Shown here: positions 1 through 13,900 of the stretch, piece by piece | Layout: every line of letters starts with the position of its first letter | How positions within the stretch are numbered: position 1 is the first letter of the stretch | Assembly (NCBI GenBank): GCA_964016885.1 | Contig: OZ024743.1 | Coordinates: 204,166,001-204,230,000, forward strand | Direction of reading: 5' to 3' | Source: Eledone cirrhosa | Taxonomy: Eukaryota | Length of the DNA stretch: 64,000 nt | Made by a program: the position numbers and the translations under genes | The notes under the pieces: generated by a model | Told to the model about the DNA's origin: nothing | Databases searched by the model: none | The model's input: only the letters and a program-made list of their open reading frames with translations

Positions 1-31
1 CTCGGTAGTCATTGCAGATAAAGTTAAATCA

Positions 32-86
<55 letters not shown>

Positions 87-106
87 GAAGGGAATAATAA
101 TAATAA
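32..106. repeat. (TAA)n microsatellite
   Basis: Direct reading; interrupted once by ggaaggg. Confidence 0.95.
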
Positions 107-960
107 GGGAAGAAGACGCACGAGGTGACGGAGGTCATGAAATCGCTCCCGTAAGTTTTGAATTTTTAACATATTTAAATCATTTGTGAAATAACAACTC
201 TTAGTACAAATGCTACGTAAAGCACCCGGCTTGAGCCCCAAAAAATTCGGACCCAAAATATATTGTTATAAGGCTCAAATATTCAAATATTCAACTTTGT
301 ATTGTACACTGTATATCCAAAAAAGAAAATGGCTATAAATGGAAGAAGAACCCCCCCCCCTCCTCTCCTCTGTCTACACTATATAGGACAGCCAAAATCA
401 CCAACACCAGAAACTAGATACACCACCCACCCCATCATCTGTGTACACTAAACACAACAGCCAGATAACGGCATTTTCACCTCACCGCCACCGCTCACTA
501 CGGCCATCATTACCACCACTATCCCATCACCGCCGCCACCACCCCTTGACTCCTTCACTGCTGCCACCGCTACAGCACCATCACTACAGTAATACGGTCA
601 CATCACCGCCACCACTGCCTCGGTATCGACATCACCACCACCACTGTCTCAATATCGCTACCGCCGCCAGTCTCCCACTTCTCCCTGCTGGCTGCTACTT
701 CCACATTATAGAATTCCTACTACTAACAAAGAGGAAGGCATCAAAATATATAGATAGACTCAAAAGAAAAAAAGAAAAAACAAACAACAAAACCAAAGCA
801 GCACAGCAACAACAGCAAAAACGAGAAAAACAAACAGAGAAAAACAAAAACAAAAACAAAAAAAGAAACCCCAAAAACGTAAAGAAAATAAGAATGAAGA
901 GAGAAGCAGGCGGACGGACAGAGAAGAGGGGGGGAAAAGTAAAACTTAAAAAACAAAAAC
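107..960 (+). mobile_element. Probable 5' UTR and decayed ORF1 start of a Tx1-like element
   Basis: Shares ordered motifs with the 5' end of the element ending at 16541 (tgacggagg..gtaag..aatttttaac; aaaaaa..aatggctataaa vs aaaaaacaacatggctacaaa), followed by low-complexity CAC/CAA/AAC tracts. Confidence 0.4.
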
Positions 961-1192
961 TAAGTCAGACATTCGAACACTACATTACAATGAAACTTAT
1001 GCTTATTCATTTTTGGGGCCCTTTCTGCCTGTGTGTTTGTTTGTTTATGTGTGTTCGTATACAGCGTGGTGATAATGCCACACAAGGGCCAAGTGGAATG
1101 GCGGATCCACAGATGGCTATGTAACTATACATTCGCCAATCCTCGATAAGAGTGTTTAAATATCGAACATAAACAGTTCGAATAACGGTGAA

Positions 1193-4100
1193 ATGGAGAC
1201 TAGAACGTCATGTGACAGACTCTCACCCAACAGGTGCCCCCTGGCTCAGCAGCAGGAACCTGACTGTCAACCAAATACTGCTGATGTTGGAGGAGGAAGA
1301 AGAAGGAAAGGGGCCAGAACCAACTGGACGAAAGAATTGAATAGAACTGTTATGCAATGCTACCTGAAAAGTAACCCCAAGGAGAGGGGCTACAGGAGAC
1401 GGATGCATAACATCTGGAACGAGATTGGTTTATTTAAATTAGATGAACAAAAATTGGCCGGGCAAGCTCGGGTAATAAGAACTAATGGGTGGATAAGCGA
1501 GCTGGAACTGGAGGAACTGAGCAGAGAGAATGGCTTGGAGATGGCGGGTGTAGTATGCCAGACAAGCGAGCCAGTGGGAAATGAAGGTGAAGAGGTCCTG
1601 AGAACGGAGGAACCACCCGAAGCAGACAATGATGTGAATACTGAGATAAATAATACCTGGAACAGAGATACGGCCACTGAGGAGATGAATGCTGACGGGC
1701 TAGGACAAGATTCCGTTGACATCCTAAATTTAGTGGTAGATGAATTGAACAATGATAGTGGGAGACCTATGAACCTAAGATTTGTAGACAGGAAAAAGTT
1801 AAAAGAAACAACAGCTAAGGTAAACAAAGTCATCCCATACCTTGAGGCGAGGAGCCTTCACCAGTGCAACAATATCCTCAAAGCAACAGCAAATACGGTG
1901 AGGAAACTACTTGGTATAAAAGCGAGAGGAAACAACAGACAAGAAAGAGCAGAGCCGTGGTGGAAGAAGCGACTGAGTGGGCAAATCGGGGAAATGAGAA
2001 ATGACATAGGAAAGCTTGAGTCACTACTGAATGGGACACTAAAAAACATAGGCACTAAAAATAGACTGGAAATAAAATACAAAACTAGGAGTAAAAAGCT
2101 AAATATTATCATAGAGGAATTGAAGCAACGCATTGTAGCAAAGAGTGCAAAAATCAGGCGATACGAGAACAGAGTCAGTCAGTATAAACAGAACCGCATG
2201 TTCGACAACAACCAGAAGATGCTGTTTGGACAGCTTGAGGGGAAAGAAAGAGGCAACGACTTGATCCCTGGGGCGGAACAAACTAAAACATTCTGGAGAG
2301 GAATATGGGAGCAGGATGTTAGACACAATGCCCAGGCAGGGTGGATTGACACAGTACAGAGGGAGATCGGTGAGCAGGCACAGCAACAGACTGATTTGAG
2401 TATCACAGTTGAAACTCTTAAGGGGCAGGCCAAAAAACTAACCAACTGGAAATCACCAGGCCCAGATGGTGTGCAGGGGTATTGGATTAAACATTTAACA
2501 TCCCTCCACCCGAAGCTGACGGCCATGTTCAATGACTGCTTGGTGTCGGGTGAGGTGCCAGAGTGGTTGACAAAAGGTACCACAGTTCTGATAATGAAAG
2601 ACCGAATCAAGGGTAATGATGTTGCCAACTATAGACCTATCACATGTCTGTCCGTAATGTGGAAACTGTTGACGAGCATTGTGTCTGAGGAAATCTACCA
2701 TCACCTCCACACAAACAACTTGTTACCGGACGAACAGAAAGGATGCCGAAAGAAGTCACGTGGTACAAAGGACCAGTTGCTTATTGATAAGATGGTAATG
2801 GGGAATTGCAGGAGGAGACACACTGATCTTGCCATGGGATGGATAGACTACAGAAAGGCATTTGACATGGTGCCTCATTCCTGGATCACCAAGAGCCTGG
2901 AGATCTTCAGGGTGGCAGATAACATCAGACAGTTGCTAGGCAGGAGTATGGGGTCCTAGGAGACAGAGTTGACATCAACTGGAGTATCCTTGGGAAGCGT
3001 GAAGATCAAGAGAGGTATCTTCCAGGGAGATAGCCTGTCCCCTCTGTTGTTTGTCCTTGCCCTGATGCCCTTGACCATTATGCTGCGAAAAGTGAGAGCA
3101 GGATACAAGTTGGGAAGGGGAGAGCTCACCATCAATCACCTCCTCTTCATGGACGATCTTAAGCTCTTCGGGAAAAGTGAGAAGGAGTTGGATGTGCTTG
3201 TTGACACTGTCCGTATTTTCAGCAATGATATGATATATGTATGCAATTTCGTATTAGTAAGTGTGGAGTCCTTGTGATGAAGAGGGGTAGGTTGAGCAGA
3301 AGTAACGGGATCCAGATACCAACAGGTGAGATGATAAAGGAAATTGACTCTGAGGAAGGATACAAGTATTTGGGCGTTCTGGAGGCTGATGGCATAAAGA
3401 ACAAAAAAATGAAGGAATTGTTAAGAACTGAATACATTCGGAGAGTAAGGAGCGTATTGAAGTCACATCTGAACAGCAGAAATGCCATAAGCGCAGTAAA
3501 TTCCCGAGCTGTGTCTATTATCAGGTACAGTGCGGGAATTCTGAGATGGAATGTTGCTGAACAAAAAGAAATGGATAGGAAGACTAGGAAGCTATTGACT
3601 ATCTACAACATGTTCCACAAGAGGAGTGATGTCGATAGACTCTACCTAAGGAGATCTGAGGGTGGAAGAGGTCTTATCAGCATAGAGGACTGTGTTCAGA
3701 TGGAGAAAAACAACCTGTACAAATACGTGACCTATAGTAAGGAGCCAATGCTCAGAACTGTACTGAAGGAGGGGACAGTAGGCCAGGGGATGTCCAAGGA
3801 GGAAATAACATCAAGGAGGAAGAGTAGCCTTAAGGAAAAATCCCTTCATAGTACCTTCTTTGAGAAAACTGAATTTAGAGATCCACAGACATGGAACTGG
3901 TTGAGAAAAGGAGACCTCAAAAAGGCTACAGAAGGAATGCTAATGGCTGCGCAGGAGCAGGCCCTCAAAACGAAGTGGTTGAAGCACCATATCTACAAGG
4001 AGGAGGCTAGCCCACTGTGCAGGATCTGTGGAGAGAGAGAGGAGACTGTGGCTCACATTGTGTCCGAGTGTAAACACCTAGCCCAGACCCACTATAAGGG

Positions 4101-4665
4101 CTGGAGACACGATGTGATGGGCAGGGTGATCCACTGGCACCTGTGCAAAGTAAACAATTTACCACATTCTGAGAAATGGTATGAGCATAGGCCAGAGGCG
4201 GTGATGGAGAACAATCAGGTGAAGGTGCTGTGGGATTTTAGGATACAGACGGACAAAAAACTGGAACACAATAGACCTGACCTGGTGGTTGTGGACAAAG
4301 AAAAAAGATCGTGCCTGATTGTGGATGTGGCCTGCCCGTTCGACACGAGAGTGCAAGAGAAGGAGAGGGAGAAAATTAACCGATACCAGGACCTAAAGTG
4401 GGAGGTGAAAAGGATTTGGAACTGCCATGAAGTCAAAGTGATCCCGATTGTCATAGGCGCACTGGGGACTATCTCCAAAAGTTTCCAGGGATGGTTAAAG
4501 AAAATCGGCCCCTTCACGCTTTTTGGAACGCTTCAAAAGGCATGCTTGCTTGGAACAGCAAGAACCCTCCGATACGTCCTGAATATCTGAGGCTGCAGGT
4601 AGCGGCTTGATATTCAATCCAACGGACTTTCCAGTTAACCAACATCAATGACTGAGATTCAAGGA
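1193..4665 (+). mobile_element. R4/Dong-clade RLE non-LTR retrotransposon, copy A (near full length, pseudogenised)
   Basis: ORF pieces 1193-2959, 2969-3277 and 3241-4590: RT (KSPGPDG, NYRPITCL, IDYRKAFD, GIFQGDSLSP, FMDD), zinc knuckle CRICGEREETVAHIVSEC, RH, RLE motif RPDLVVVDK..IVDVACP..EK. Premature stop at 2957-2959 and a frameshift near 3230. Ends in (TAA)n. The 5' UTR probably extends upstream. Confidence 0.93.
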
Positions 4666-4676
4666 ATAACAACAAC

Positions 4677-4710
<34 letters not shown>

Positions 4711-7426
4711 TCAACAAGTGACATAGACATGCTGATAGAAATAATCAAGCAAAAAGTGTCGGCCAAAGCTCCTCGTATAAGGCGCTTTGAAAAACGATCT
4801 AGATTCTATAAGGACAATAATATGTTCAAAAACAACCAAAGAAACTTCTACAGAAAAATTGGTAAGTCAACAATAACTGCTAAGTCAATACCACCCAAGG
4901 AGGAAGTGCAAGAATTCTGGGAAAAGATCTGGGCCGAAGAAAAAGTTCATAACATGGATAGACAGACAAATGAAAGATACAGCTCACCTTGAGGAACAAA
5001 TATGGGAAAATATAACAGTTGAACAGTTGCGCTTGGCTCTAAGAAAAACCAGCAAATGGAAATCCCCAGGAAAAGACAAAATACAATTTTTTTGGATAAA
5101 TGCCTTCACAGAGTCTCATGAGCTGTTAGCCCAACTTTACAATGAAATAGTTAAGGAGCCAGAAAAGATACCATCATGGCTAGTTAACGGCATTACATTC
5201 CTGCTTCCGAAGAATGATGAGACAAACAATCCCCAAAATTACAGACCGATAACTTGCTTGACCACAATGTATAAAATTTTAACATCAGTCCTAACTGAAT
5301 ACACATATGACCACCTGATAACAAATGACCTATTTCCCATTGAGCAGAAAGGGTGTAAACGAGGCTCATATGGCTGTAGGGATCAGCTTTTGGTTAACAA
5401 AATGATACTGGAAGATTGTCATAATAGACACAAAAATCTATCGATTGCTTGGATAGATTATAAAAAAGCATTCGATAGTTTGCCACACAGTTGGATTGAA
5501 AAATGTTTAGAGATTTTCAAAATATCCCCCGTTGTCAGGAGGTTTTTGTCATTCAGTATGAAGACATGGAAAACGACACTCCTTTTGAATAGTGAAACAA
5601 AATCACTGGAAGCTGGAGAAGTTAATATTAATTGTGGAATTTTTCAGGGTGACTCTTTATCACCGCTTTTATTCTGCATCGCACTTATACCATTAAGTAA
5701 AATGCTCAATGAAACAAAACATGGAGATAAAGTCTATGACAAAACCATTAATCACTTGTTCTACATGGATGACCTGAAACTATTTGCAAAAAATGATGAA
5801 CAATTGCAAGGGCTATTATCCACTGTGGAGCAGTTCAGTGATGACATTAAAAGCAACGTTCACCAGAGGAAAGCTGCTGAAGTGTTCAGACATTAATCTT
5901 GATCGGGGGAACGTGATAAGAGAACTTGATCAAGAAAAAACTTACAAATATCTAGGTGTTTGTGAAGGAGACGGAATCAAGCACTCGACGATGAGGGAAA
6001 GGATAAGGAAGGAATGTTACCGCAGAGTAAGAGCAATCTTAAGAACGGAATTGAATGCAAGGAATAGGATCGATGCCATAAACACGCTTGCCATACCAGT
6101 AGTAACCTACAGTTACAATGTCATCAACTGGTCAAGCACAGAGATCCGTAGGCTCGATACAAAAATTCGAAAATTCTTAACCATGCACAGAATGCATCAC
6201 CCTAAGGCAGATATAGATAGAATATATCTCCCTAGGAAAGAAGGAGGACGTGGGTTAATCCAGTTAGACATTGCGTTGAAAACTGCAACAATTGGATTAT
6301 CTACATATCTAAGGGAATCACATGATTGGATGATCAAACTCGTTTTGAAACACGAAAGCATCAAAAGATCATATTCCATTACAAAAGATGCACAAAGATA
6401 CAGTAATGGACTACAAATTTCAGAAGTCCCATTTACTGCTGAAATGGAAAACACAGAAAAAGCAAAGCAGGTAAAAGTAACTGCAAAGAAAGAACTGCTA
6501 CAGAAACTGGCTAAGAAGTGGCAAGAAAAGCCTCTGTATGGAAAATACCCAGAACGAGCTAACAATCCTGATGTTGACAAAACTTTAACCCATCAGTGCT
6601 TGGCATCCTCTGGACTGAAATCGGAGACTGAAGGACTGATTATATCAGCACAAGATCAGTGTCTGCCAACAAAAAATTACCAAGCCAACATAATAAAAAA
6701 TGGATGCAGCCCATTATGCCGTGTATGCAAAACACAACCAGAGACCATTGACCATATAATTTCAATGTGCAGTCCTATACCTCCAACCCAATACCTAAAC
6801 AGGCATGACAGAGCTGCACAATACATACATTGGATAATGTGTAAGCATTTTGACCTGCCCCATCAAAATAATTGTTGGGAGCATCAACCACCACCCATAC
6901 TTGAAAAAGATCACATCTCAATCTTGTGGAACTTTAGCATCCAAACAGACCGAAAAATAGATGCAAATAAACCTGATATAATACTGAAGGACTTTAAAAA
7001 GAGGGTATGCCTGCTAATTGATATGTCCGTTCCAATAGACAAGAATGTATCTATAAAAACATTTGAAAAATTGAGCAAGTATAAGGACCTGGAGATAGAA
7101 ATTGGAAAAATGTGAAAATTGAGAACTAAAACAATACCAGTGGTTGTAGGCACTCTGGGAGTGATACCTAAGGGGTCTATTGATTACTTATCGCAAATCC
7201 CAGGAAACTCGCGTATAGGAGAAATACAAAAGATAGTACTAATGGGAACTGCCCATATACTAAGGAAGATTCTGTCAATATAACTACATCACAAGTCTAA
7301 ACACTAAAGATGCATGTGTGAGTATGTATATTCTTTCTTGAACATGGCGGACCTTGTTGTCTCTTGAGGTCACTGGTTGTGACTTGGTGATAACTCGTAT
7401 GAACATAAAGCAAGATAAATGCAACT

Positions 7427-7427
<1 letters not shown>
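4711..7427 (+). mobile_element. R4/Dong-clade element, second subfamily (copy B, 5'-truncated, frameshifted)
   Basis: ORFs 4648-4992, 4970-5896 and 5784-7115 with YMDD RT, CRVC..H..C knuckle and KPDIIL RLE; bounded by (TAA)n on both sides. Confidence 0.92.
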
Positions 7428-7475
<48 letters not shown>

Positions 7476-7476
<1 letters not shown>

Positions 7477-7660
7477 CTACATATCTAAGGGAATCACATG
7501 ATTGGATGATCAAACTCGTTTTGAAACACGAAAGCATCAAAAGATCATATTCCATTACAAAAGATGCACAAAGATACAGTAATGGACTACAAATTTCAGA
7601 AGTCCCATTTACTGCTGAAATGGAAAACACAGAAAAAGCAAAGCAGGTAAATGCAACTGT
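7476..7660 (+). mobile_element. Internally deleted mini-copy of Dong subfamily B
   Basis: 7476-7650 matches ~6300-6475, joined via taaa to the 3' terminus aaatgcaactgt (as at 7417-7428); (TAA)n on both sides. Confidence 0.85.
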
Positions 7661-7679
7661 AATAATAATAATAATAATA

Positions 7680-10600
7680 ATGTCGGTGGAAGAAGAAGAA
7701 GGAAAGGGACCAGAACCAACTGGACGAAAGAATTGAATAGAACTGTTATGCAATGTTACCTGAAGAGTAACCCCAAGGAGAAAGGCTATAGGAAACGGAT
7801 GCATAACATCTGGAACGAGATTGGTCTATTTAAATTAGATGAACAAAAATTGGCCGGGCAGGCTCGGGTAATAAGAACTAATGGGTGGATAAGCGAGCTG
7901 GAACTGGAGGAACTGAGCAGAGAGATTACGTTGGAAATGGAGGGTGGAGTATGCCAGGCAAACGAGCCAGTGGAAAATGAAGGTGAAGAGGTTGAGAGAA
8001 CGGAGGAAGCATCCGAAGCAGACAATGATCTGAATGCTGAAATAAATAATTGTTTCTACTTTAGGAACAAGGCCAGCAATTACCCAGTGCATTACTGGTA
8101 CTTTATTTTATCGACCCCGTAAAGATGAAAGGCAAAGTCAACCTCGGCGGGATGGAACAAAGATACGGCCATTGAGGAGATGAATGCTGACGAGCTAGGA
8201 CAAGATTTGGTTGATATCCTAAACTTAGTGGTAGATGAATTGAACAATGATAGTGGGAAACCTATGAACCTGAGATTTGTAGACAGGAAAAAGTTAAAAG
8301 AAACAACAGCTAAGGTAAACAAAGTCATCCCATACCTTGAGGCAAGGAGCCTTCACCAGTGCAACAATATCCTGAAAGCAACAATGCGGTGAGGAAATTA
8401 CTTGGCATAAAAGCGAGAGGAAACAACAAACAAGAAAAATCAGAACCTTGGTGGAAGAAACAACTGAATGGTCAAATCAAGGAAATGAGAAATGACATTG
8501 GAAAGCTTGAGTCCCTACTGAATGGGACACTAAAAATAGACTGGAAATAAAGTACAAAACTAGGAGGTAAAAGCTAAATATTATCATAGAGGAACTGAAG
8601 CAACGCATTGTAGCAAAGAGTGCAAAAATTAGGCGATACAAGAGCAGAGTCAGTCAGTATAGACAGAACCAACTGGAAATCATCAGGCCCAGATGGTGTG
8701 CAGGGGTATTGGATTAAAAATATAACATCCCTCCACCCCAAACTGACAACCATGTTCAATGACTGCTTGATGTCAGGTGAGGTACCAGAGTGGTTGACAA
8801 AAGGTACTACAGTTCTGGTAATGAAAGACCGAATCAAGGGTAATGATGTTACCAACTATAGATCTATCACATGTCTGTCCGTAATGTGGAAACTTTTGAC
8901 AAGCATTATGTCTGAGGAAATCTACCATCACCTCCACACAAACAACTTGTTACCGGACGAACAGAAAGGATGCCGAAAGAAGTCCCGTGGTACAAAGGAC
9001 CAGTTAGTTATTGATAAGATGGTAATGAGGAATTGCAAGAGGAGACACACTGGTCTTGCCATGGGATGGATAGACTACAAAAAGGCATTTGACATGGTGC
9101 CTCATTCTTGGATCACCAAAAGCCTAGAGATCTTCAAGGTGTCAGATAACATCAGACAGTTGTTGGGCAAAAGTATGAAGTCCTGGAAAACAGAATTAAC
9201 ATCAGCTAAAGAATCCTTGGGAGGCGTGAAGATCAAGAGAGGTATCTTCCAGGGAGATAGTCTGTCCCCACTGTTGTTTGTCCTTGCCCTGATGCCCCTG
9301 ACCATTATACTGCGAAAAGTGAGAGCAGGATACAAGTTGGGAAAGGGAGAGCTTACCATCAATCACCTCCTTTTCATGGACGATCTTAAGCTCTTCGGGA
9401 AGAGTGAGGAGTTGGATGTGCTTGTTGAAACTGTCCGTATTTTCAGCAATGATATGATATATGTATGCAATTTCGTATTAGTAAGTGTGGAGTCCTTGTG
9501 ATGAAGAGGGGGTAAATTGAGCAGAAGCAACGGAATCCAGGTACCAACAGGTGAGATGATAAAGGAAATTGACACTGAAGAAGGATACAAGTATTTGGGT
9601 GTTCTGGAGGCTGATGACATCAAGAACAAAAGAAATGAAGGAATTTATAAGATCTGAATACATTCGGAGAGTAAGGAGCGTATTAAAGTCACATCTGAAC
9701 AGTAGGAATGCCATAAGTGCAGTAAATTCCCGAGCTGTGTCTATTATTAGGTACAGTGCGAGAATTCTGAGATGGAATGTTGCTGAACAAAAAGAAATGG
9801 ATAGGAAGACTAGGAAGCTATTGACTATCTACAACATGTTCCACAAGAGGAGTGATGTCGATAGACTCTACTTAAGGAGATCTGAAGTTGGAAGAGGTCT
9901 TATCAGCATAGAGGACTGTGTTCAGATGGAGAAAAACAACCTACACAAATACGTGACTGATAGTAAGGAGCCAATGCTCAGAATTGTACTGAAGGAGAGG
10001 ACAATAGACCAGGGGATGTCCAAGGAGGAAATAACAACAAGGAGAAAGAGCAGCCTTCATGAAAAATCCCTTCATAGTACATTCTTTGAGAAAACTGAAT
10101 TCAGAGATCCACAGACATGGAACTGGTTGAAAAGAGGAGACCTTAAAAAGGCTACAGAAGGAATGCTAATGGCTGCGCAAGAGCAGGCCCTCAAAACGAA
10201 GTGGTTGAAACACCATATTTACAAGGAGGAGGCTAGCCCACTGTGCAGGATCTGTGGAGAGAGAGAGGAGACTGTGGCTCACATTGTATCCGAGTGTAAA
10301 TACCTAGCCCAGACTCACTATAAGGGCTGGAGACATTATGTGATGGGCAGGGTAATCCACTGGCACCTATGCAAAGTAAACAATTTACCACATTCTGAGA
10401 AGTGGTATGAGCATAAGCCAGAGTCGGTGATAGAAAACGATCAGGTGAAGGTGCTGTGGGATTTTAGGATACAGACGGACAAGAAACTGGAACACAATAG
10501 ACCTGACCTGGTGGTTTTGGACAAGGAAAAAAGATGGTGCCTCATTGTGGATGTGGCCTGCCCATTCGACACGAGAGTGCAAGAGAAGGAGAGGGAAAAA

Positions 10601-10830
10601 ATTAACCGATACCAGGACTTAAAGCACTAGGTACTATCTCAAAAAGTTTCCAGGGATGGTTAAAGAAAATTGGCCCCGCCACGCTTTTTGGAACGCTTCA
10701 AAAGGAATGCTTGCTGGGAACAGCAAGAACCCTCCGATACGTCCTGAATATCTGAGGCTGCAGGTAGTGGCTTGATATTCATTTCAACAAACTTTCCAGT
10801 TAATTAACATCAATGACTGAGACTCAAAGA
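7680..10830 (+). mobile_element. R4/Dong element copy D (subfamily A; truncated, deleted, SINE-interrupted)
   Basis: Colinear with 1283-4665, with deletions near 8535, 8665 and 10625 and a SINE piece at 8047-8152. Same 3' UTR, followed by (TAA)n. Confidence 0.92.
8047..8152 (-). mobile_element. SINE 3' fragment inserted in Dong copy D
   Basis: Reverse complement of cccgccgaggttgactttgcctttcatc...gtaccagtaatgcactgggtaattgctggcc, as in the SINE at 31216. Confidence 0.85.
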
Positions 10831-10891
10831 ACAATAATAATAATAATTGTTTCTACTTTAGACACAAGGTCAGCAATTACCCAGTACATTT

Positions 10892-10938
<47 letters not shown>

Positions 10939-10941
<3 letters not shown>

Positions 10942-13900
10942 TTTCTTTATTAACCACAAGGGTTTACATAAAGTAGACATTAAGGACAGTGCAGGACAAT
11001 ACAGGACGGTACAAATAGGCATTTCTGCGTGTAAAAAACAAAAACAGAGGATGTAAGAAAAAATAACAATGAAAAATTCCCCAATAGGGGGGAGACTTCG
11101 GAGGGACATTTGTGGAGAAAGCCCAGTAAAATGCCATAATGACCCTGACCACCAAGGAAAGTGCCCTCTCCCAGTTTTCCACCTTTAATTTACAGATATA
11201 TACTCACTCGGGCCATTCTTGCTTCTCTCACCCATCTTTCAACAAAATGCTGGGAAGAGAGCACTTCCCTCTCTACCCTGATTTTCCTTTTCAAATGAAA
11301 TTTGAAAAAGTTAATCAGGGCATCACCGAAGAGGTATGTGCACGTCTTCAGCCCTTTCAAACGTGTCCACCATACTATCTCTTTCGCCATGGCCACCAGA
11401 CAGATAAAAACTGCCTGCCCTTCCAGGCTAAAGGAAGAGGGCGGGGCAATCCTCATGATGGACTCAGCTGATAGCTGGATCCGTCCTACACGTGACAGCA
11501 GGTATTCGACATAAACCCACAAGTCAGCAATGCTCGGACACTGGACGAGTGCGTGCAGGACGGTTTCGTCGCCCTGCGCGCATCTCGGACATTCCCGGCT
11601 GACGGCACCTCCATGCCTGTAGAGTTTATCCCGAACTGGCAAAGGTCCTCAGTAGCAGTGCCAGGCCAGGGATTTCTGGAAGTTGTCCATAGGCCCCGGC
11701 CCGAAAGTCCTTCCGAAGAGATTGGCTAGTTGATTTTCGTCGACGCTTAGAGTTTCTCCAAGTGCATCGTCGCTCTTCCCCTCCACTAATCCTCTATAGA
11801 ACGCCAAAGTGGAGTGTCCACCGATCACATTGCCCGATTGGTCGAGGGCTGTGAGCGCCTGAAGACATTCCAGTCTCCAAGCGCTCCCTCTCGGTCTTCG
11901 CTTGACCCAGGACTGCAGCTCCGTCAAGGAGACGAGCTGGGGAAAGACGTGTCTAGCAAACGGCGACCACACCTGATCACCGTCGAGGAACAGGTGGAGA
12001 TGTCGTAGCCTGAGCGCGTGTCTGCGCATCATCATCCACGGCATGCCCAGCCCTCCACGTAGCGGGTGTTTACAGCAGATGGACCGCCTGACCATCGGAG
12101 CGCGTCCCTTCCACAAAAAGCGAAAGAGCAAACGCTCCAGCGCAGTCAGGCGGGGCTTAGGACAAGGTACGACGGTCAGGCGGTAGTAGTTGACTAACGC
12201 GATGTACGCGTTGGCTACCTCCGCTTGACCTTTCAGGGATCGCTTCCTCTCCGCTCATTTCTGGGTGAGAGAAGCCACCCTGCTCGTCACCTCGTCCCAG
12301 TTTTTGTCTGTATGGAGGTCCGGACCGATCCAGACCCCTAGCAATTTAACCGGTCCGTCCGTCCAGCGCCCGACGACGCTGTTGGGCGGCATGGACCTGC
12401 CTCTCCAGGTGCCGAGCTGCAGGCCCACTGACTTTTCCTGGTTGATCATTGCTCCTGTCACCGCTTCGTATTCTCTTAGTGTAGTGCCGATCGCCTCGAT
12501 GTGTTTGGCGTTCGACACCACTACGGTGACATCGCCCGCATATGCTGACACGGATATTCCGCATCCTAGTTCGCGCGGGACACCCCTCAACGTTTCCAGT
12601 TTGTGCAGTAATGGCTCGAGAGTCAATATGTACAAGAGGGACGAGAGGGGACATCCTTGGCGGACCGAGCGCATGATGTTGAACGGTTCCGAAAGGTAAC
12701 CGTTCACTCTCACCACAGAGCAGATGTCGCTGTGTATGGCAGCGATCCAGCCTCTGAAGACGGGCCCAAAGCCAGCCGCCCTCAGGACTGCCGCTAGGTA
12801 ACGATGGTCGACCCTATCGAAAGCTTTCGACTGATCTAAATTGATCAAGGACCCACCCGTGCCAGGTTCCCTAGCTACGCTCTCTACGATGTATCGCAGG
12901 TGGAGGTGGAGGTTGTCGTGGATGGATCTGTCGGGATTGGCGCATGTCTGCGCCTCTTCCACCAGACCACCAACGACAAGCGCCAACCTCTCTGCTAGCA
13001 CCTTGGCCAAAATCTTGAACTCTGTGTTTAGCAGAAATATGGGCCTGAAATTATCTATGTTATCCCCCTTGTTCGGATCATTGCTCTCAGCAGCGTCACA
13101 GCTCCTCGGCTCACAGAGCTGGGAATTCTCCCGTTCTGTTGCCAGTTGCAGTAGACGTCCGCCAAGAGGCCTCCGAACAAGTCTGGCATCTGTACGTAAA
13201 GTTCATAGGGCAGACCATCCAAACCAGGCGATTTACCCCTTGTGCAGCCAGTCATTGCCTCCCGTACTTCAGCGGCTGTTATCGGCTTTTCGCAACACTC
13301 CCCCTCAGTGGCCGAGAGCGGCGGCAGTCCGTCGAGGTAGACACTAAAGTCCATCCCTCGATCCGGCCCGCCGCTGCCCCCGAACAGCTGCGCAAAGTGT
13401 CGATGAAAAGCTTCACACATTTTCCCGGGATCGTGGCTTTGTTGCTACGACGCGCCTCCGCCACTCGGGCCCATTGAACGGCTTTCGTCTCCTCGTGTCT
13501 GAGAGCACGCACCCTAGCTCTGACAACGCAGCCTTCGTGCTTTGCATTGAAGAATTGGCCAAGGGCCAATATCACCGCAAGTACGTCGGTCGCGATGCCT
13601 TTTCTAGTAGCCGGGTCCTCGTCTATGAAGCCTATCTAAGTCAAGCACACAGATCACGAATGTGTGGTCCGTGTAGCTGACTATCTTGAATTGTGGACAG
13701 CCTATGCTAGACCTATCTATTTCCCTACAAAATACTCTATCTAGATATGATCTGGATGACCCTATGCGATTTGTCCAAGTCCACATTGGCACATTCGGGA
13801 AATCCAATCGGTACGTGTCAGACAGTTCAAAACACCTGAGCAGGTTGGTGAGGCTCTTGTACCATCCTCCCCTATCCGCTAATCCCACACAGTCCCAGCG

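Noticed and set aside
441-1124. 227-aa His/Pro/Lys-rich ORF
   Set aside because: Low-complexity sequence with a GTG start, probably decayed retroelement leader.
1015-1125. Possible HDV-like ribozyme upstream of Dong copy A (ggccctt/aagggcc, gtgga/tccac)
   Set aside because: Lacks the P1.1 CC/GG pair and a canonical L3 and J4/2.
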